Origin: Vulcanimicrobiota bacterium
Lineage (GTDB): Bacteria; Vulcanimicrobiota; Vulcanimicrobiia; Vulcanimicrobiales; Vulcanimicrobiaceae
DNA: 64,000 bases
Assembly (NCBI GenBank): GCA_963818925.1
Contig: CAWFTN010000001.1
Span: forward strand, 3,357,104-3,421,103
Direction: 5' to 3'
Under the pieces are notes generated by a model that saw nothing but the letters and a program-made list of their open reading frames with translations, did not search any database and was not told where the DNA came from. Position numbers and translations under genes: made by a program. Each line of letters opens with the position of its first letter. Positions within the stretch are counted from its first letter, which is position 1. Of this stretch, positions 47,273 to 57,019 are shown in pieces.

Positions 47273-47875
47273 CTACCCATATGTGCGGTGCAGATCGGCA
47301 ATCAAGCGTGTCAAGATGATGTGGAAATTTGCGTTGTGTGATGGACCCTGCCCGCGTGCCTCGTTGATATCGTGCATAACGATGATGTGGACCGAATGTG
47401 TCATCATATGTTCCATCATATAGCCGCAGTCGAATTTTCCGGTGGGCATGACGCCGGCCCGATAGATGTCAATTGCCATCCCACGACCGTCGCTCGGAGA
47501 AATTCTTGGATGCGACGGTAGCGCTATATGGTTTAGCGCAAAGACAGACGCGGTGTCGCGCATTGCAAACGTAAAGGTTTGTTCGAACGCTGCCATCTTC
47601 GCTTTACCGTACTCGTGCTGCAGTTTTTCTGCCTCACTCTGCGCTTTGGGACCACCGAGGACGCGGAATAGGCGTCCGCTATCGAAGTGCTCGGTGCCGC
47701 CGCCCGCTTCAATCACCGCAAGCGTCAAACCGAGATCAGGCCTTCCTCGATAACTGTGCTTCGTGTAATCTGCCGGAGAAACGACTGTCATTGTATCGAC
47801 TTGTTGTGAAGGCAGCGCAGATCCGAATGTTGCTGCTGCACCGGCAAACGTCAACAAAAGTGTTCGTAATTTCAT
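47273..47875 (-). CDS. Secreted hypothetical protein
   Basis: Internal start MKLRTLLLTFAGAAATFGSA signal peptide. No domain recognised. Confidence 0.4.
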   Translation of the reverse strand: MKLRTLLLTFAGAAATFGSALPSQQVDTMTVVSPADYTKHSYRGRPDLGLTLAVIEAGGGTEHFDSGRLFRVLGGPKAQSEAEKLQHEYGKAKMAAFEQTFTFAMRDTASVFALNHIALPSHPRISPSDGRGMAIDIYRAGVMPTGKFDCGYMMEHMMTHSVHIIVMHDINEARGQGPSHNANFHIILTRLIADLHRTYG

Positions 47876-48033
47876 GCCGCTTACTCCCAAGGCGGTCGAC
47901 CATGGCGCGACCATACACCCTTTCTAGTACTAATATGCCCGGCGCGCGTCGGGTTATTACACCGCTCCGGAACCGTCCTCGGAACCTTCGACCGGTTCAT
48001 TTGACGAGGACGCGAAATCCGGAAAGATAAACA

Positions 48034-48540
48034 GTGTTTAACGTTCTTTCCCGCTTAAGCGCACTGAAGCGCCAGAAAGGGAAGTTAGTGCGCGTCGTAC
48101 TTTTTCTGCTCGCCTCCATTCTCGCTATCGCGCCGGCCGCTGCGGCGGAATCCAGTGACGTCATGACCACCGTTCATCAATTCATAGACGGAATAAACAG
48201 CGGCAACATGAAGAACGCGGTTGCAGCGTGCGCTTCGCCCGCGTCGGTTATCGACGACTTTCCACCACATGAGTGGCAAGGACCCACTGCGTGCGCAGAC
48301 TGGGCTAAAGCCTTTCAGGCTGCCGTAAAGGAGGCGGCATACACCGACAACGTTGTAACGCTTGGCAAACCAACTCATGTTGACGTTACCGGAGATCGCG
48401 CCTACGTTGTGGTTTCCGCCAACTATCGCTACAAAGTCCACGGCAAACGGATTGCTGAAGACGGTTCGATTTTCACTGTAGCACTGCGTAAATTGCCGGC
48501 AGGTTGGCGCATTACGGGTTGGGCGTGGGCGAAGCACTAG
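48034..48540 (+). CDS. Secreted NTF2-like protein (paralog of 23163-23642)
   Basis: Signal peptide. Similar core to the other NTF2-like gene. Confidence 0.5.
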   Translation: MFNVLSRLSALKRQKGKLVRVVLFLLASILAIAPAAAAESSDVMTTVHQFIDGINSGNMKNAVAACASPASVIDDFPPHEWQGPTACADWAKAFQAAVKEAAYTDNVVTLGKPTHVDVTGDRAYVVVSANYRYKVHGKRIAEDGSIFTVALRKLPAGWRITGWAWAKH

Positions 48541-50093
48541 GGAAAGATGCCCAGAATGGTGAGAGTCATCGCCTCGCCGCATTAGGTTATCGTCAAGAGC
48601 TCTCGCGAGTACTTTCGCTCTTTGACAACTTTGCGGTGGCCTTCAGCTATCTAAGTCCGATGGTCGGCGTTTATTCGCTGTACACGCTAGGCTTGGGAAC
48701 GGGAGGACCGCGCTATATCTGGACGATGCCGGTAGTCGTCGGCTTGATGATGCTTGTTGCGTTAGTTTTTGGTGAACTCTCGAGCGAATATCCGCTTTCG
48801 GGTGCACTTTATCAGTACGGAAAGTATAACGTCGGCCCGCGCTACGGCTGGTTCGTCGGCTGGATCTATGGTTTCGCGCTGCTTGCAACGGTGGCATCGG
48901 TAGATTCAGGCGCAGTCGGGTACGTTGCTTCGCTTTCAAATATCTGGTTCAAGACGCACATCGATCCGGCGAGCAATCTCACGGTTTTCGTTATTACCGG
49001 CGGCATTATCATCCTATCGGCGATCCTGAATTCTATCGGCGCGACGATTATGGGCCGCGTCGCTCGTTTCGGGGTCTACGTTGAAACAATTGGAACGTTC
49101 GGCGTTTTTCTTGCGCTCGCGATCCATGGCTCTCGTCAGGGGCTCGGGTTCATTTTTTCGACGGAGAACGTAGAGTTCGCGAAATCTAACCCTTTAGGCC
49201 TGAACTTCGGCGGTAACTGGTGGGGAAGCGCCGCACTGGTTGCGATTCTCGCAAACGTCTATATTTTTTACGGCTTCGAATCGGCTGGCGACATCTCTGA
49301 AGAAACGATTGACGCGCAGCGGCAGGTCCCCAAAGCCATGCGTAACGCGCTGCTGTACGGCGGAATCGCGTCCTTCGTCTTAGTGCTCGGCCTACTGCTC
49401 GCAACGCCGCCAAACGGCATCAACGGCGTCGTAAGCGGAGGAATCAATACGATTCTTTCGGCGCTGCCGGCCTCGCTTCAGGAATTTTTCCTCGTGATGG
49501 TTATCGTCGCGTTTTTTAGCTGCGGTACGGCGGTTCAAGGAGCTGGAGCGCGCGTCGCATATGCCCTTGCTCGTGACGGCGCTATTCCATTCAGCACTGC
49601 GATCAAGAAGATTTCGCTCCGCTATCGAACGCCGGTCAATGCGATCTTGGTCGGGACGGTCGTTCCATTCGCCTTTCTTTTGCTGGTATTGGTAAATCCG
49701 AGTAAACCGGTTCACATCCTGTGGTTCGACTATCCCGCTAACGTCACCGCGCTCTACGCGCTCGTTTCTTTCGCTACTTCGGGAATCTATCTAGCGTTTT
49801 TCCTCACGGTACTCGGCGCGTTCATCGCGCGCGAGCGCGGATGGAAGCCATCGGGTGCGTTCACGTTGGGTAAGTGGGGGATGCCGGTTACAATCGGTGC
49901 AGCATTATATCTACTGCTCATGTTACTGAATATCGTCTGGCCCGGCCCCCTCTCCGCCGGCCGCGCGGTGTTCAACTATGGGTGGGTCACGCTGCTCGTT
50001 ATGCTAATAATCGTGGCGGCCGGTGCCCTTTACGAAGCATTTGCCCGTCCGGATCAGACGGTAGCCGCGCACCGGGTCGAACAACCGGAGTAG
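48504..50093 (+). CDS. APC-family amino acid permease
   Basis: 12 TM helices. FAVAFSYLSPMVG and GELSSEYPLSGALYQY are APC signatures. Confidence 0.8.
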   Translation: MAHYGLGVGEALGKDAQNGESHRLAALGYRQELSRVLSLFDNFAVAFSYLSPMVGVYSLYTLGLGTGGPRYIWTMPVVVGLMMLVALVFGELSSEYPLSGALYQYGKYNVGPRYGWFVGWIYGFALLATVASVDSGAVGYVASLSNIWFKTHIDPASNLTVFVITGGIIILSAILNSIGATIMGRVARFGVYVETIGTFGVFLALAIHGSRQGLGFIFSTENVEFAKSNPLGLNFGGNWWGSAALVAILANVYIFYGFESAGDISEETIDAQRQVPKAMRNALLYGGIASFVLVLGLLLATPPNGINGVVSGGINTILSALPASLQEFFLVMVIVAFFSCGTAVQGAGARVAYALARDGAIPFSTAIKKISLRYRTPVNAILVGTVVPFAFLLLVLVNPSKPVHILWFDYPANVTALYALVSFATSGIYLAFFLTVLGAFIARERGWKPSGAFTLGKWGMPVTIGAALYLLLMLLNIVWPGPLSAGRAVFNYGWVTLLVMLIIVAAGALYEAFARPDQTVAAHRVEQPE

Positions 50094-50175
50094 TGCTGAA
50101 AGTTTCTCGTGCACAGGCCTCGCTAACTGTAGTGTTGTTTCGCTTTTACTCGCCGTTGTCATGAAAACGATGGCT

Positions 50176-52050
50176 TCACATCGGTACGCGCAGGCCGAGC
50201 TTAGCGATCTGATCGGCCGGAATTCCGAGGCTTGCGGTGATCGGGCGTGAATTGCGGTGCATAAAGACGAAAAGCGCGCGTCGCCACGCGCGCCACTGTC
50301 CGTGCTTTTTGGCAACAATTAGCGGATCAGAGGCGTAGTATGTCGTGTCCTCATCATCAAGGTGGAGTCCAAAAGTTGCACATCCACGTACAATGGGCGT
50401 GATGGAGAGCCGTTCCATGAAACCGAAACACGCAGTCACGCGTATCAGGTTATCCGCAACCCGTTCGACTGTTACACGCTTTTCGTGCCGGACATATGGA
50501 TCAGTCGTCGGTAGAACGGTCAGAAGCACGATTCGTTCGTCGATGCTGCGCATTCGCGCCCAGTGATGATGCAATACAAATGGCACGCCCTCAGAATCGG
50601 CCGTTAGGAACACCGCCGTCCCGTGCAGTGGTGTTCCGAGGCGCCCTCGCACACCCGCGAGAAAGTCCTCGACCGGCACGGATTGCGCAACGTAGCTCTG
50701 AGCTATTCGCCGCCGTCCGGTGCGCCACGTACTCGCAATTACGAACACGATGAGGCTTATCGCGAGCGGAATCCAGCCGCCTTCGGTTATCTTCGGTAAG
50801 CTGCCACCAACGAAGAGTAGTTCGATAGCTAAGAAGGGTGCAGAGCCGAGGAGCGCTTTGGCGATACTCCAGCCAAATTTTTCCCGCACGACGACATAGT
50901 AGGCGATCGAAGTTACGACCATTGTGACCGCAACGGCAAGCCCGTACGCATTCGCAAGCCTTTCCGAACTGCGAAAGCCGATGACCAACGCAATACAGCA
51001 TAGCGCGAGCAATAAGTTGACTGTCGGAACGTAGACCTGTCCTCGGTGCCGGTGCGAAGTATGAATCACGCGAAGACGAGGGATGAAACCGAGCTGAATT
51101 GCCTGCTTCGCTAACGTAAAGGCGCCGGATATCAAGGCTTGCGATGCAATAATGGTGGCAGCTGTCGCTATGGCAACGACGACGTAGAGAGCGATCGTCG
51201 GAACCAGACCGAAGAACGGGTTTGCGATTGTTTCAGGATGTGTCAATACTAGCGCCGCTTGGCCGAAGTAGTTCAACACTAGCGCTGGAAATACAATGAT
51301 CGTCCACGCCAAAGCAATGGGAGAACGTCCGAAGTGAGACATGTCCGCATATAGCGCTTCTACTCCCGAAACGCAAAGGACAATCGCCCCGAAGATCAAG
51401 ACCGCGGATGGCCCATGACGTTCAAAAAACGTCACCATGAACAGCGGGTTGATTGCCCGCAGGGTCGTCGGGTACTGAATGATTCCGCGGGCGCCGAGTG
51501 CAGCGATCGTGAGAAACCAGACCAGCATGACAGGGCCGAAGAACGCTCCAATGCGATGCGTTCCGCGATGTTGTACGAGAAACAGAGCTGCGAGAATGCC
51601 TACGGTAAGTGGCACGATGATCGGCTCCGCTGCGGATGTGGCTACACGCAGTCCCTCGACTGACGATAGGACCGACACCGCCGGCGTAATGACTCCGTCA
51701 CCGAAAAGCATACCGGCTCCGACCAGGATAAGAAAGGTGAGCCATGTCGCCTGCGGCGGCACGCCGCGCCGCACCGGAGGCAAAACGAGCGCCAACAGTG
51801 CGAGGATCCCACCTTCGCCATCGTGGTTGACGCGCATTACCATGCCGATGTACCGGACAAATACGATGACGATCAACGACCACAAGATCAAGCTCAAGAT
51901 GCCGAATATGTTTTCTCGAGTTGGGGTGACGTGGAGGCTGCTGAAGAAGCATTGGCGGAACGCGTAGAGTGGGCTCGTACCGATATCACCAAAAACCACA
52001 CCCAGCGCGCCAAGGGCAAGCGAGGAAGTGGCGGTCGAGCGGATACTCAT
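50176..52050 (-). CDS. kup: KUP/HAK/KT potassium uptake transporter
   Basis: Start set at MSIRSTATSSLALGALGVVFGDIGTSPLYAF, the canonical Kup N-terminus. Polytopic, with a C-terminal cytoplasmic domain. Confidence 0.85.
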   Translation of the reverse strand: MSIRSTATSSLALGALGVVFGDIGTSPLYAFRQCFFSSLHVTPTRENIFGILSLILWSLIVIVFVRYIGMVMRVNHDGEGGILALLALVLPPVRRGVPPQATWLTFLILVGAGMLFGDGVITPAVSVLSSVEGLRVATSAAEPIIVPLTVGILAALFLVQHRGTHRIGAFFGPVMLVWFLTIAALGARGIIQYPTTLRAINPLFMVTFFERHGPSAVLIFGAIVLCVSGVEALYADMSHFGRSPIALAWTIIVFPALVLNYFGQAALVLTHPETIANPFFGLVPTIALYVVVAIATAATIIASQALISGAFTLAKQAIQLGFIPRLRVIHTSHRHRGQVYVPTVNLLLALCCIALVIGFRSSERLANAYGLAVAVTMVVTSIAYYVVVREKFGWSIAKALLGSAPFLAIELLFVGGSLPKITEGGWIPLAISLIVFVIASTWRTGRRRIAQSYVAQSVPVEDFLAGVRGRLGTPLHGTAVFLTADSEGVPFVLHHHWARMRSIDERIVLLTVLPTTDPYVRHEKRVTVERVADNLIRVTACFGFMERLSITPIVRGCATFGLHLDDEDTTYYASDPLIVAKKHGQWRAWRRALFVFMHRNSRPITASLGIPADQIAKLGLRVPM

Positions 52051-52106
52051 CGTCCATACGTTTGCCCGAAACCTCACGAACGAACCATCACATGACGGCC
52101 TATCGC

Positions 52107-52138
52107 GCAACGCAGGGTTCGAACCCCGTCTGCAACGC
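52107..52138. promoter_or_regulatory. Palindrome GGTTCGAACC flanked by direct repeats GCAACGCA in the kup/DUF72 divergent intergenic region
   Basis: GCAACGCAgGGTTCGAACCccgtctGCAACGCA. T-arm-like, but no tRNA fold could be built. Confidence 0.3.
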
Positions 52139-52149
52139 ACTACGACTGA

Positions 52150-52881
52150 GTGAACAAGCTTCTCATCGGCACGGCGGGATGGTCGATTCCCGCTTTTCTC
52201 GCGGATCGCTTTCCTGGGGAAGGGCAGCACTTGGCACGCTATGCGCGCGTCATGAAAGCGGCGGAAATCAACTCATCGTTCTATCGAGCTCACCGTCGTT
52301 CTACTTACGAGCGCTGGTCGTCTGCCGTACCGAGGAACTTTGCGTTTTCCGTAAAGATCCCGAAAGCGATCTCGCACCAAAAGCGCTGTGTCGACTGCGC
52401 CGATGAGTTCCAACAATTTCTCGCCGAGAGCGCGGGCCTCGGTGACAAACGTCGCGTGCTGCTCTTGCAGTTGCCACCGAGTTTTCAGTTCGACGAAGAA
52501 CGGATGGATCGATTCTTTTCGCTGTGCCGCGATGCCGGCGCGCCTCCGGTCGTGTGCGAGCCGCGCCACGCCTCATGGTTTACGCCGAAAGTCAACGCGT
52601 TGTTAGAAGCGTGGCGCGTACCGCGCGCGGGCGCCGATCCCGCGCGCGCTGCTGGAGCGGAGACGCCGGGCGGTTGGACCGGGATCAGTTATTTTCGCAT
52701 GCACGGTACTCCGCGCGTCTACTATTCGTCGTATTCCGCCGAGAGTCTCGACGGCATTGCCTCCATGATTTCAATGGCACCGAACGAGGCGTGGTGCATC
52801 TTCGACAACACCGCCTCCGGAGCTGCAGCGGGCGACGCGCTGGCGCTTTGTTCGCGTTTCGTCAAAAAGGAAGAGCAATGA
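52150..52881 (+). CDS. DUF72 (UPF0759) family protein
   Basis: IGTAGWSIP, INSSFYR and LQLPPSF are hallmark DUF72 motifs. Confidence 0.8.
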   Translation: MNKLLIGTAGWSIPAFLADRFPGEGQHLARYARVMKAAEINSSFYRAHRRSTYERWSSAVPRNFAFSVKIPKAISHQKRCVDCADEFQQFLAESAGLGDKRRVLLLQLPPSFQFDEERMDRFFSLCRDAGAPPVVCEPRHASWFTPKVNALLEAWRVPRAGADPARAAGAETPGGWTGISYFRMHGTPRVYYSSYSAESLDGIASMISMAPNEAWCIFDNTASGAAAGDALALCSRFVKKEEQ

Positions 52882-52913
52882 ATGATCTGGCCCGTCAAAG
52901 CTCGGTCGACCGA

Positions 52914-53168
52914 TCAGATATCCAACTCTTCGCGAGGGATCTCGACGTGTGAAACGGCTTCGACCGTCTCGGCCTCTTCCAGAGCGACCCGCAGCGACTG
53001 TGCGACTTCGAAATCTTTCTCGCGCTTCAAAAGGACGATGAGTCCTTTCGTCCCATACGCCACCCCCGCAATTTCCCATCCGTGTACCGAATGGTCCGTT
53101 AACGCTTTGGCGAGGCGTTCATCGGGTTCGCCGCAGACAATTTGAAATTCGTATGAAACTCGCGCCAT
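52914..53168 (-). CDS. DUF4177-like small protein
   Basis: Internal start MARVSYEFQIV...GWEIAGVAYGTKGLIVLLKR matches the DUF4177 pattern. Confidence 0.45.
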   Translation of the reverse strand: MARVSYEFQIVCGEPDERLAKALTDHSVHGWEIAGVAYGTKGLIVLLKREKDFEVAQSLRVALEEAETVEAVSHVEIPREELDI

Positions 53169-53620
53169 ATTCCCTTTGTTCCGCCATTCGCGCTGACCGG
53201 GCTCGATCCGCAGCGCAGGCTCTAACTTTGACATGAAGTTACCCCGAAGCTGGGTTCTGCGAACCGTTCAACGGCCAAATTTCCTATTGTCGTCTATCGT
53301 AATTCACGGCGCTCTTTCGAAAATTGGTGCATCACACGTAACGTGCGCAACACTTTGTACTTGTGAGCAAGGTCGGATGCCAGTGTAATGCACAGCAACA
53401 TCATTGCGGGTCTTGCTTTTCCGGCTCCAAGTCTCCGGACTTCCAACTCTTGTCGATCCCAGCTTCCGTGGGGCCGTTGACACATCTAAGTAGCGCAGCG
53501 CATGTACGCGCGGCGCGAGAACTTTTTGGATAGGCCGGCTGAACCGCACACGTTACAATGGCGACGTTGCGCCTGCGGGCGCGCGGAAAGTGAGCGATAG
53601 ATGAGTGCCCAGGCGAAAAA

Positions 53621-53908
53621 CGCCCAACATCATTTTTAATTGTATCGGATGATACCGGGTATGGAGATCTTGGCATCTACGGTGGCGGCGAGGGGCGCGG
53701 CATGCCGACGCCCGGCTTCGATCGACTTGCCGATGAAGGCATGACGTTCTTTCACAACTATGGGCAACCTAGCTGCACGCCTGGACGCGCCGCAATTGTT
53801 ACCGGTCGCATCCCGAATCGCAGCGGTATGACAATGCGTACACCTATGCAGATCCGACGTGGTTCCCCGACATGGCGCCCGAAACGCGCGCGATGTTCGC
53901 AAGCGTAA
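53621..53908 (+). pseudogene. Sulfatase N-terminal remnant including the formylglycine CxPxR site; no start, body deleted
   Basis: RPTSFLIVSDDTGYGDLGIYGGGEGRGMPTPGFDRLADEGMTFFHNYGQPSCTPGRAAIVTGRIPNRSGMT is canonical sulfatase motif I/II (CTPGR). The frame opens after a stop at 53591 without signal peptide or start. Homology ends near 53830. Confidence 0.6.
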
Positions 53909-54013
53909 CGAAAGGAATGCTATCCGGAAAGGCGGGCGATAAAGCCACAGAAGAGTTGAAAGTCAACGGCCAATACGTAAATACGCCGGATAAGGGCGTC
54001 GTCGGTATTCCAT

Positions 54014-54382
54014 TTGTCGAGCAGTATGTCGAAGAGGGGGCGATTGATTATTGAAACGCGCGTACGGGGCAGGCACGCCGCGTTTGCGCACGTTAAGATG
54101 AGCGCGATCGCATACGATCGGCACGTATACGGCGGAGACACGAACGGCGTACTCTACGACGTGAATGAAGCGAATGGCCAAGTGTACCGCTACATATCGT
54201 TCCACCAAATGTTCACAACGGCGCCGTTTGCGATTGTTGGGGAAACGCTCCTCGCGACTTGTGGCAGCGAGATCTATGCCTTGAACTTAAAACGCCCAAT
54301 TTCGCCTTTGGATATACCAGCTCACGATATGACGGCCGACCATGCATTATATAACGAGGTGCGCGGCGTGTTCGAACAGTGA
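54014..54382 (+). pseudogene. PQQ/beta-propeller-blade-like fragment
   Basis: VYGGDTNGVLYDVNEANGQVYRY resembles one or two PQQ-type blades. Far too short for a propeller. Confidence 0.25.
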
Positions 54383-54754
54383 TCCCGCGGCCTGATCTGA
54401 CATGCAAGTTACCAGTTTTGATGAGAGACTTTGCACTCCGGAAAAGTGGGACGGGTGCCGTTCCATCGGTCTGATGAGGCGGCAATATTCTCACGAAGGA
54501 TCTGTATTTCTCACGCCGAGGCACGATTGAGACGCCGTGGTCGCCGCCGCCAGGATTCATTCATCGTATGGTGTGGGAGCTGAAACTTGTCTTAATCTGG
54601 CGCCACAGGCTACTGGCAAGCAGCCGTCGGCTGTCTACTAAAATGTCTACTTAACGACTTGCATCAGACTGCATCCGCTCGCAGGCGAAAATCGACGAAA
54701 TGGCGGATTTACGGCATTTTTCCGGAGAGCTCGCAGTCCGTTGCAGTCCGGGTA

Positions 54755-54779
54755 ACGGGTTCGATTCCCGTTGGCGCGA
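54755..54779 (+). other. tRNA 3'-end-like fragment (T-arm plus 3' acceptor strand)
   Basis: ACGGG-TTCGATT-CCCGT then TGGCGCG-A. A perfect T-stem/loop, but no 5' acceptor, D or anticodon arms upstream. Confidence 0.4.
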
Positions 54780-54819
54780 TTGGCGTACCCTGGTGTGTGC
54801 TTGACTATCTTTATGGTCG

Positions 54820-54839
54820 CATAAAGTCTTTTACTCACA
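54820..54839. repeat. 20-bp motif CATAAARTCTTTTACTCACA, copy 1
   Basis: 19 of 20 identical to 62661-62680. Both copies lie within 60 nt of a tRNA-like T-arm element. Confidence 0.6.
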
Positions 54840-54890
54840 TGACCGCGCCGGTCTCACCCGGCTCTGCGTGGAAGTTAATGGTTCGAGCAT

Positions 54891-55650
54891 ATGTTTCGTG
54901 CAGCAATTCTCGGGAGCGCCGTGCTGGCCGCCACGTTGCTTGCCACACCACAACCCACGTCCAAGCCGCAGCGAACGCTACCGCCGGCCTGGGTCGCATT
55001 CGCGCTCGCCTGGACTGATATTCGGGATATACGGCTAGGGTTGCGGTATTTGATCAAAAGGGAACCGCGACGCAGAACGTCGTGTTCGATTACCAATTTC
55101 GCAAGCCATCGAATGCGACCATGCATGTAGTTGCCGGTCCCAATTCCGGCGTGCGCTCGTATGGAGCGGCGGAACGACGGTGGTCGCCCACCGCGGCTCG
55201 GGTCTTAGCGCTCTGTTCAAGAAAACGTTTTCTCTCCACGATCCTCAAACGACGACCCTTCGCGGATCGTCTATCGATCAACTGAGCTTCGGCGCAATTC
55301 TCGACCACGCCGCGGACACTGAGGGAACAATCGAACAAGTCGACGGGCCGATGATCGACGGCGTAGCGACCGACGAGGTGAGATTAGTCCCTAGCAACGT
55401 GGTGATCAATACCGGTTTGACGCTCGAGGTGGTCGACTTATCGAAGTCGACCCATCTTCCCCAGAGTCTGCTTGGCTACGAAGGCGCTGTGCTCGTGCGC
55501 AAGATCGATTTTTCGAACGTTGTTATCCAGCCAGCAGAACGAGCCGAACCGTCGCGACGAGGAAGCCATGCGGATGCCGAAGCAGCGGATTTCCGATCCG
55601 GTCTTCTCGCAGCATGGCGGCCCGACATCGTGAAAGACACCTACCGTTGA
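54891..55650 (+). pseudogene. Possible frameshifted secreted-protein gene
   Basis: Signal-peptide-like MFRAAILGSAVLAATLLATPQ, then the coding signal hops between three frames (ORFs 54891-55130, 55082-55285, 55180-55650). No domain recognised. Confidence 0.25.
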
Positions 55651-55793
55651 ACGCTGATATGAGCGCTGCAACTCGTTTAAGGACTGGCAGAAAACAGAGC
55701 TTACCCTACTCGAAAGGCACCTTCGGTCAGTCAACTGTCGCCGCCGGCGGCGACAAAAGCTAGTGTCGATCCGGTCACCGCAAACGTGCGTTG

Positions 55794-56798
55794 TCATGGA
55801 AAGCACGCTACGACGATTGCAACGTCATCTTGCGGCTGCCCACCACAGAACTTGCGGGTCTCCTGTAAAAGCGCATCCGCTTGTTCTTGTGCGGTTAGAG
55901 CGCGATTGGAGTCGACGATCTTCATAATGGCTCGACTATCGATAAATTCACCGCCCGGCGAACGCGCCTCCGTGACTCCGTCCGTGGTTACGACCAATGT
56001 TGACCCTCTCGGCTCTAAGTAAACGAGTCTTTGATTAAAGAGACCTAACGATTCTACGAATACGCCGACGATTGGTGCGGTAGGCGGCAGCAACACAGGC
56101 GACTGTTGCGGGCTCATGAGAATCACAGGTTCATGTCCGGCGGACGCATAGGTCATGATTCGATGCTCGGCATCAACAATTCCCAAAAACACGCTTACAA
56201 ACGAGTCCGGGGCCTCCTTATCGAAGATGGAAGTTTCAATATAAAGCACATTTAGATTTCGCAGCACCTGTGCTGGTGTCAAACCTGCCGAAACGTATGC
56301 CCTTAGCGCATACTTAACAAGCGCTGCGCGAGTTGCGGCCGCCGCACCCTTTCCCGATATGTCCGCAACAGAAATTGCGAATGATCCGCTGTTGAACTCG
56401 TAGACGTCAATGAGATCGCCTCCGACCTGTACTTCGTCTTCCGCGAGGGCGTAAGCCGTTCCGATATCGACTCCAGCAACTGCTGGAAATCGGTGCGCAT
56501 AAAGATGATCGACCAGGATTCGGGCGGCGGAGGAGGACTTGGTTTCGAGGACGCGCGTTATATCTAGGTTCGAAGGACGTTCGGCGGTGTTGCTCTGCTG
56601 CACCCCCGTTATTGCTCCCTCAATGCGCTGACGGCAAAAGCCGGGTCGGTATAACAACCCGTGCGGACTGCGCGCTGCAGGCCCGCGATCATATTTTTCG
56701 CACCGCTGCGACTTGAAAGCACCGCGTTTGCGCCCGCCATATGGCATTCCCTGGCCGAACTTCCCTTCAGATTCGATGATACAACCACAATTGCGCAA
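55794..56798 (-). CDS. PP2C/SpoIIE-family serine phosphatase domain (RsbU-like), probably the C-terminal part of a frameshifted receiver-PP2C fusion
   Basis: ARILVDHLYAHRFPAVAGVDIGTAYALAEDEVQVGGDLIDVY...ISVADISGKGAAAA (DxSGHG-like metal site)...VVTTDGVTEA. The first ~95 codons of the track ORF overlap the receiver ORF in another frame. Confidence 0.65.
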   Translation of the reverse strand: MRNCGCIIESEGKFGQGMPYGGRKRGAFKSQRCEKYDRGPAARSPHGLLYRPGFCRQRIEGAITGVQQSNTAERPSNLDITRVLETKSSSAARILVDHLYAHRFPAVAGVDIGTAYALAEDEVQVGGDLIDVYEFNSGSFAISVADISGKGAAAATRAALVKYALRAYVSAGLTPAQVLRNLNVLYIETSIFDKEAPDSFVSVFLGIVDAEHRIMTYASAGHEPVILMSPQQSPVLLPPTAPIVGVFVESLGLFNQRLVYLEPRGSTLVVTTDGVTEARSPGGEFIDSRAIMKIVDSNRALTAQEQADALLQETRKFCGGQPQDDVAIVVACFP

Positions 56799-57019
56799 TC
56801 GGGCAAGACGAAACGAAGCTGACGAATCGACTCTAGTTTATCGCTTCGAATATGATCGAAATCGACCATTAATACGCACGGTTCGTAGGTGCCGAGTTTG
56901 GCAACACCAATATCTTCCAAGCATCTTGGCCGATCGTAGCCTGCCTCGACTAGTACGCAACTAAATGTGTTGGCGGCTTCCTCGTCGCTGCTCAGAACGG
57001 CAGATCTGTGCTGCTCCAT
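56609..57019 (-). CDS. Response-regulator receiver domain
   Basis: CVLMVDFDHIRSD (phospho-acceptor Asp region), IVVVSSNLKGSS, ...AGLQRAVRTG. Terminates out of frame with the downstream PP2C domain. Confidence 0.55.
   Translation of the reverse strand: MEQHRSAVLSSDEEAANTFSCVLVEAGYDRPRCLEDIGVAKLGTYEPCVLMVDFDHIRSDKLESIRQLRFVLPDCAIVVVSSNLKGSSARECHMAGANAVLSSRSGAKNMIAGLQRAVRTGCYTDPAFAVSALREQ

Noticed and set aside
52098-52130. tRNA fragment suggested by GGTTCGAACC
   Set aside because: The flanks do not pair as a T-stem (at most 3 bp), and no acceptor stem is present. It is kept only as a palindromic regulatory candidate.
54598-54780. Possible tmRNA (ssrA) ending at the 54755-54779 T-arm/acceptor
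   Set aside because: A 5' strand GGCGCCA at 54599 pairs 6 of 7 with the 3' acceptor. The span is only about 180 nt. No tag-peptide reading frame ending in an (A)LAA-type tail or resume-codon/pseudoknot architecture could be found.
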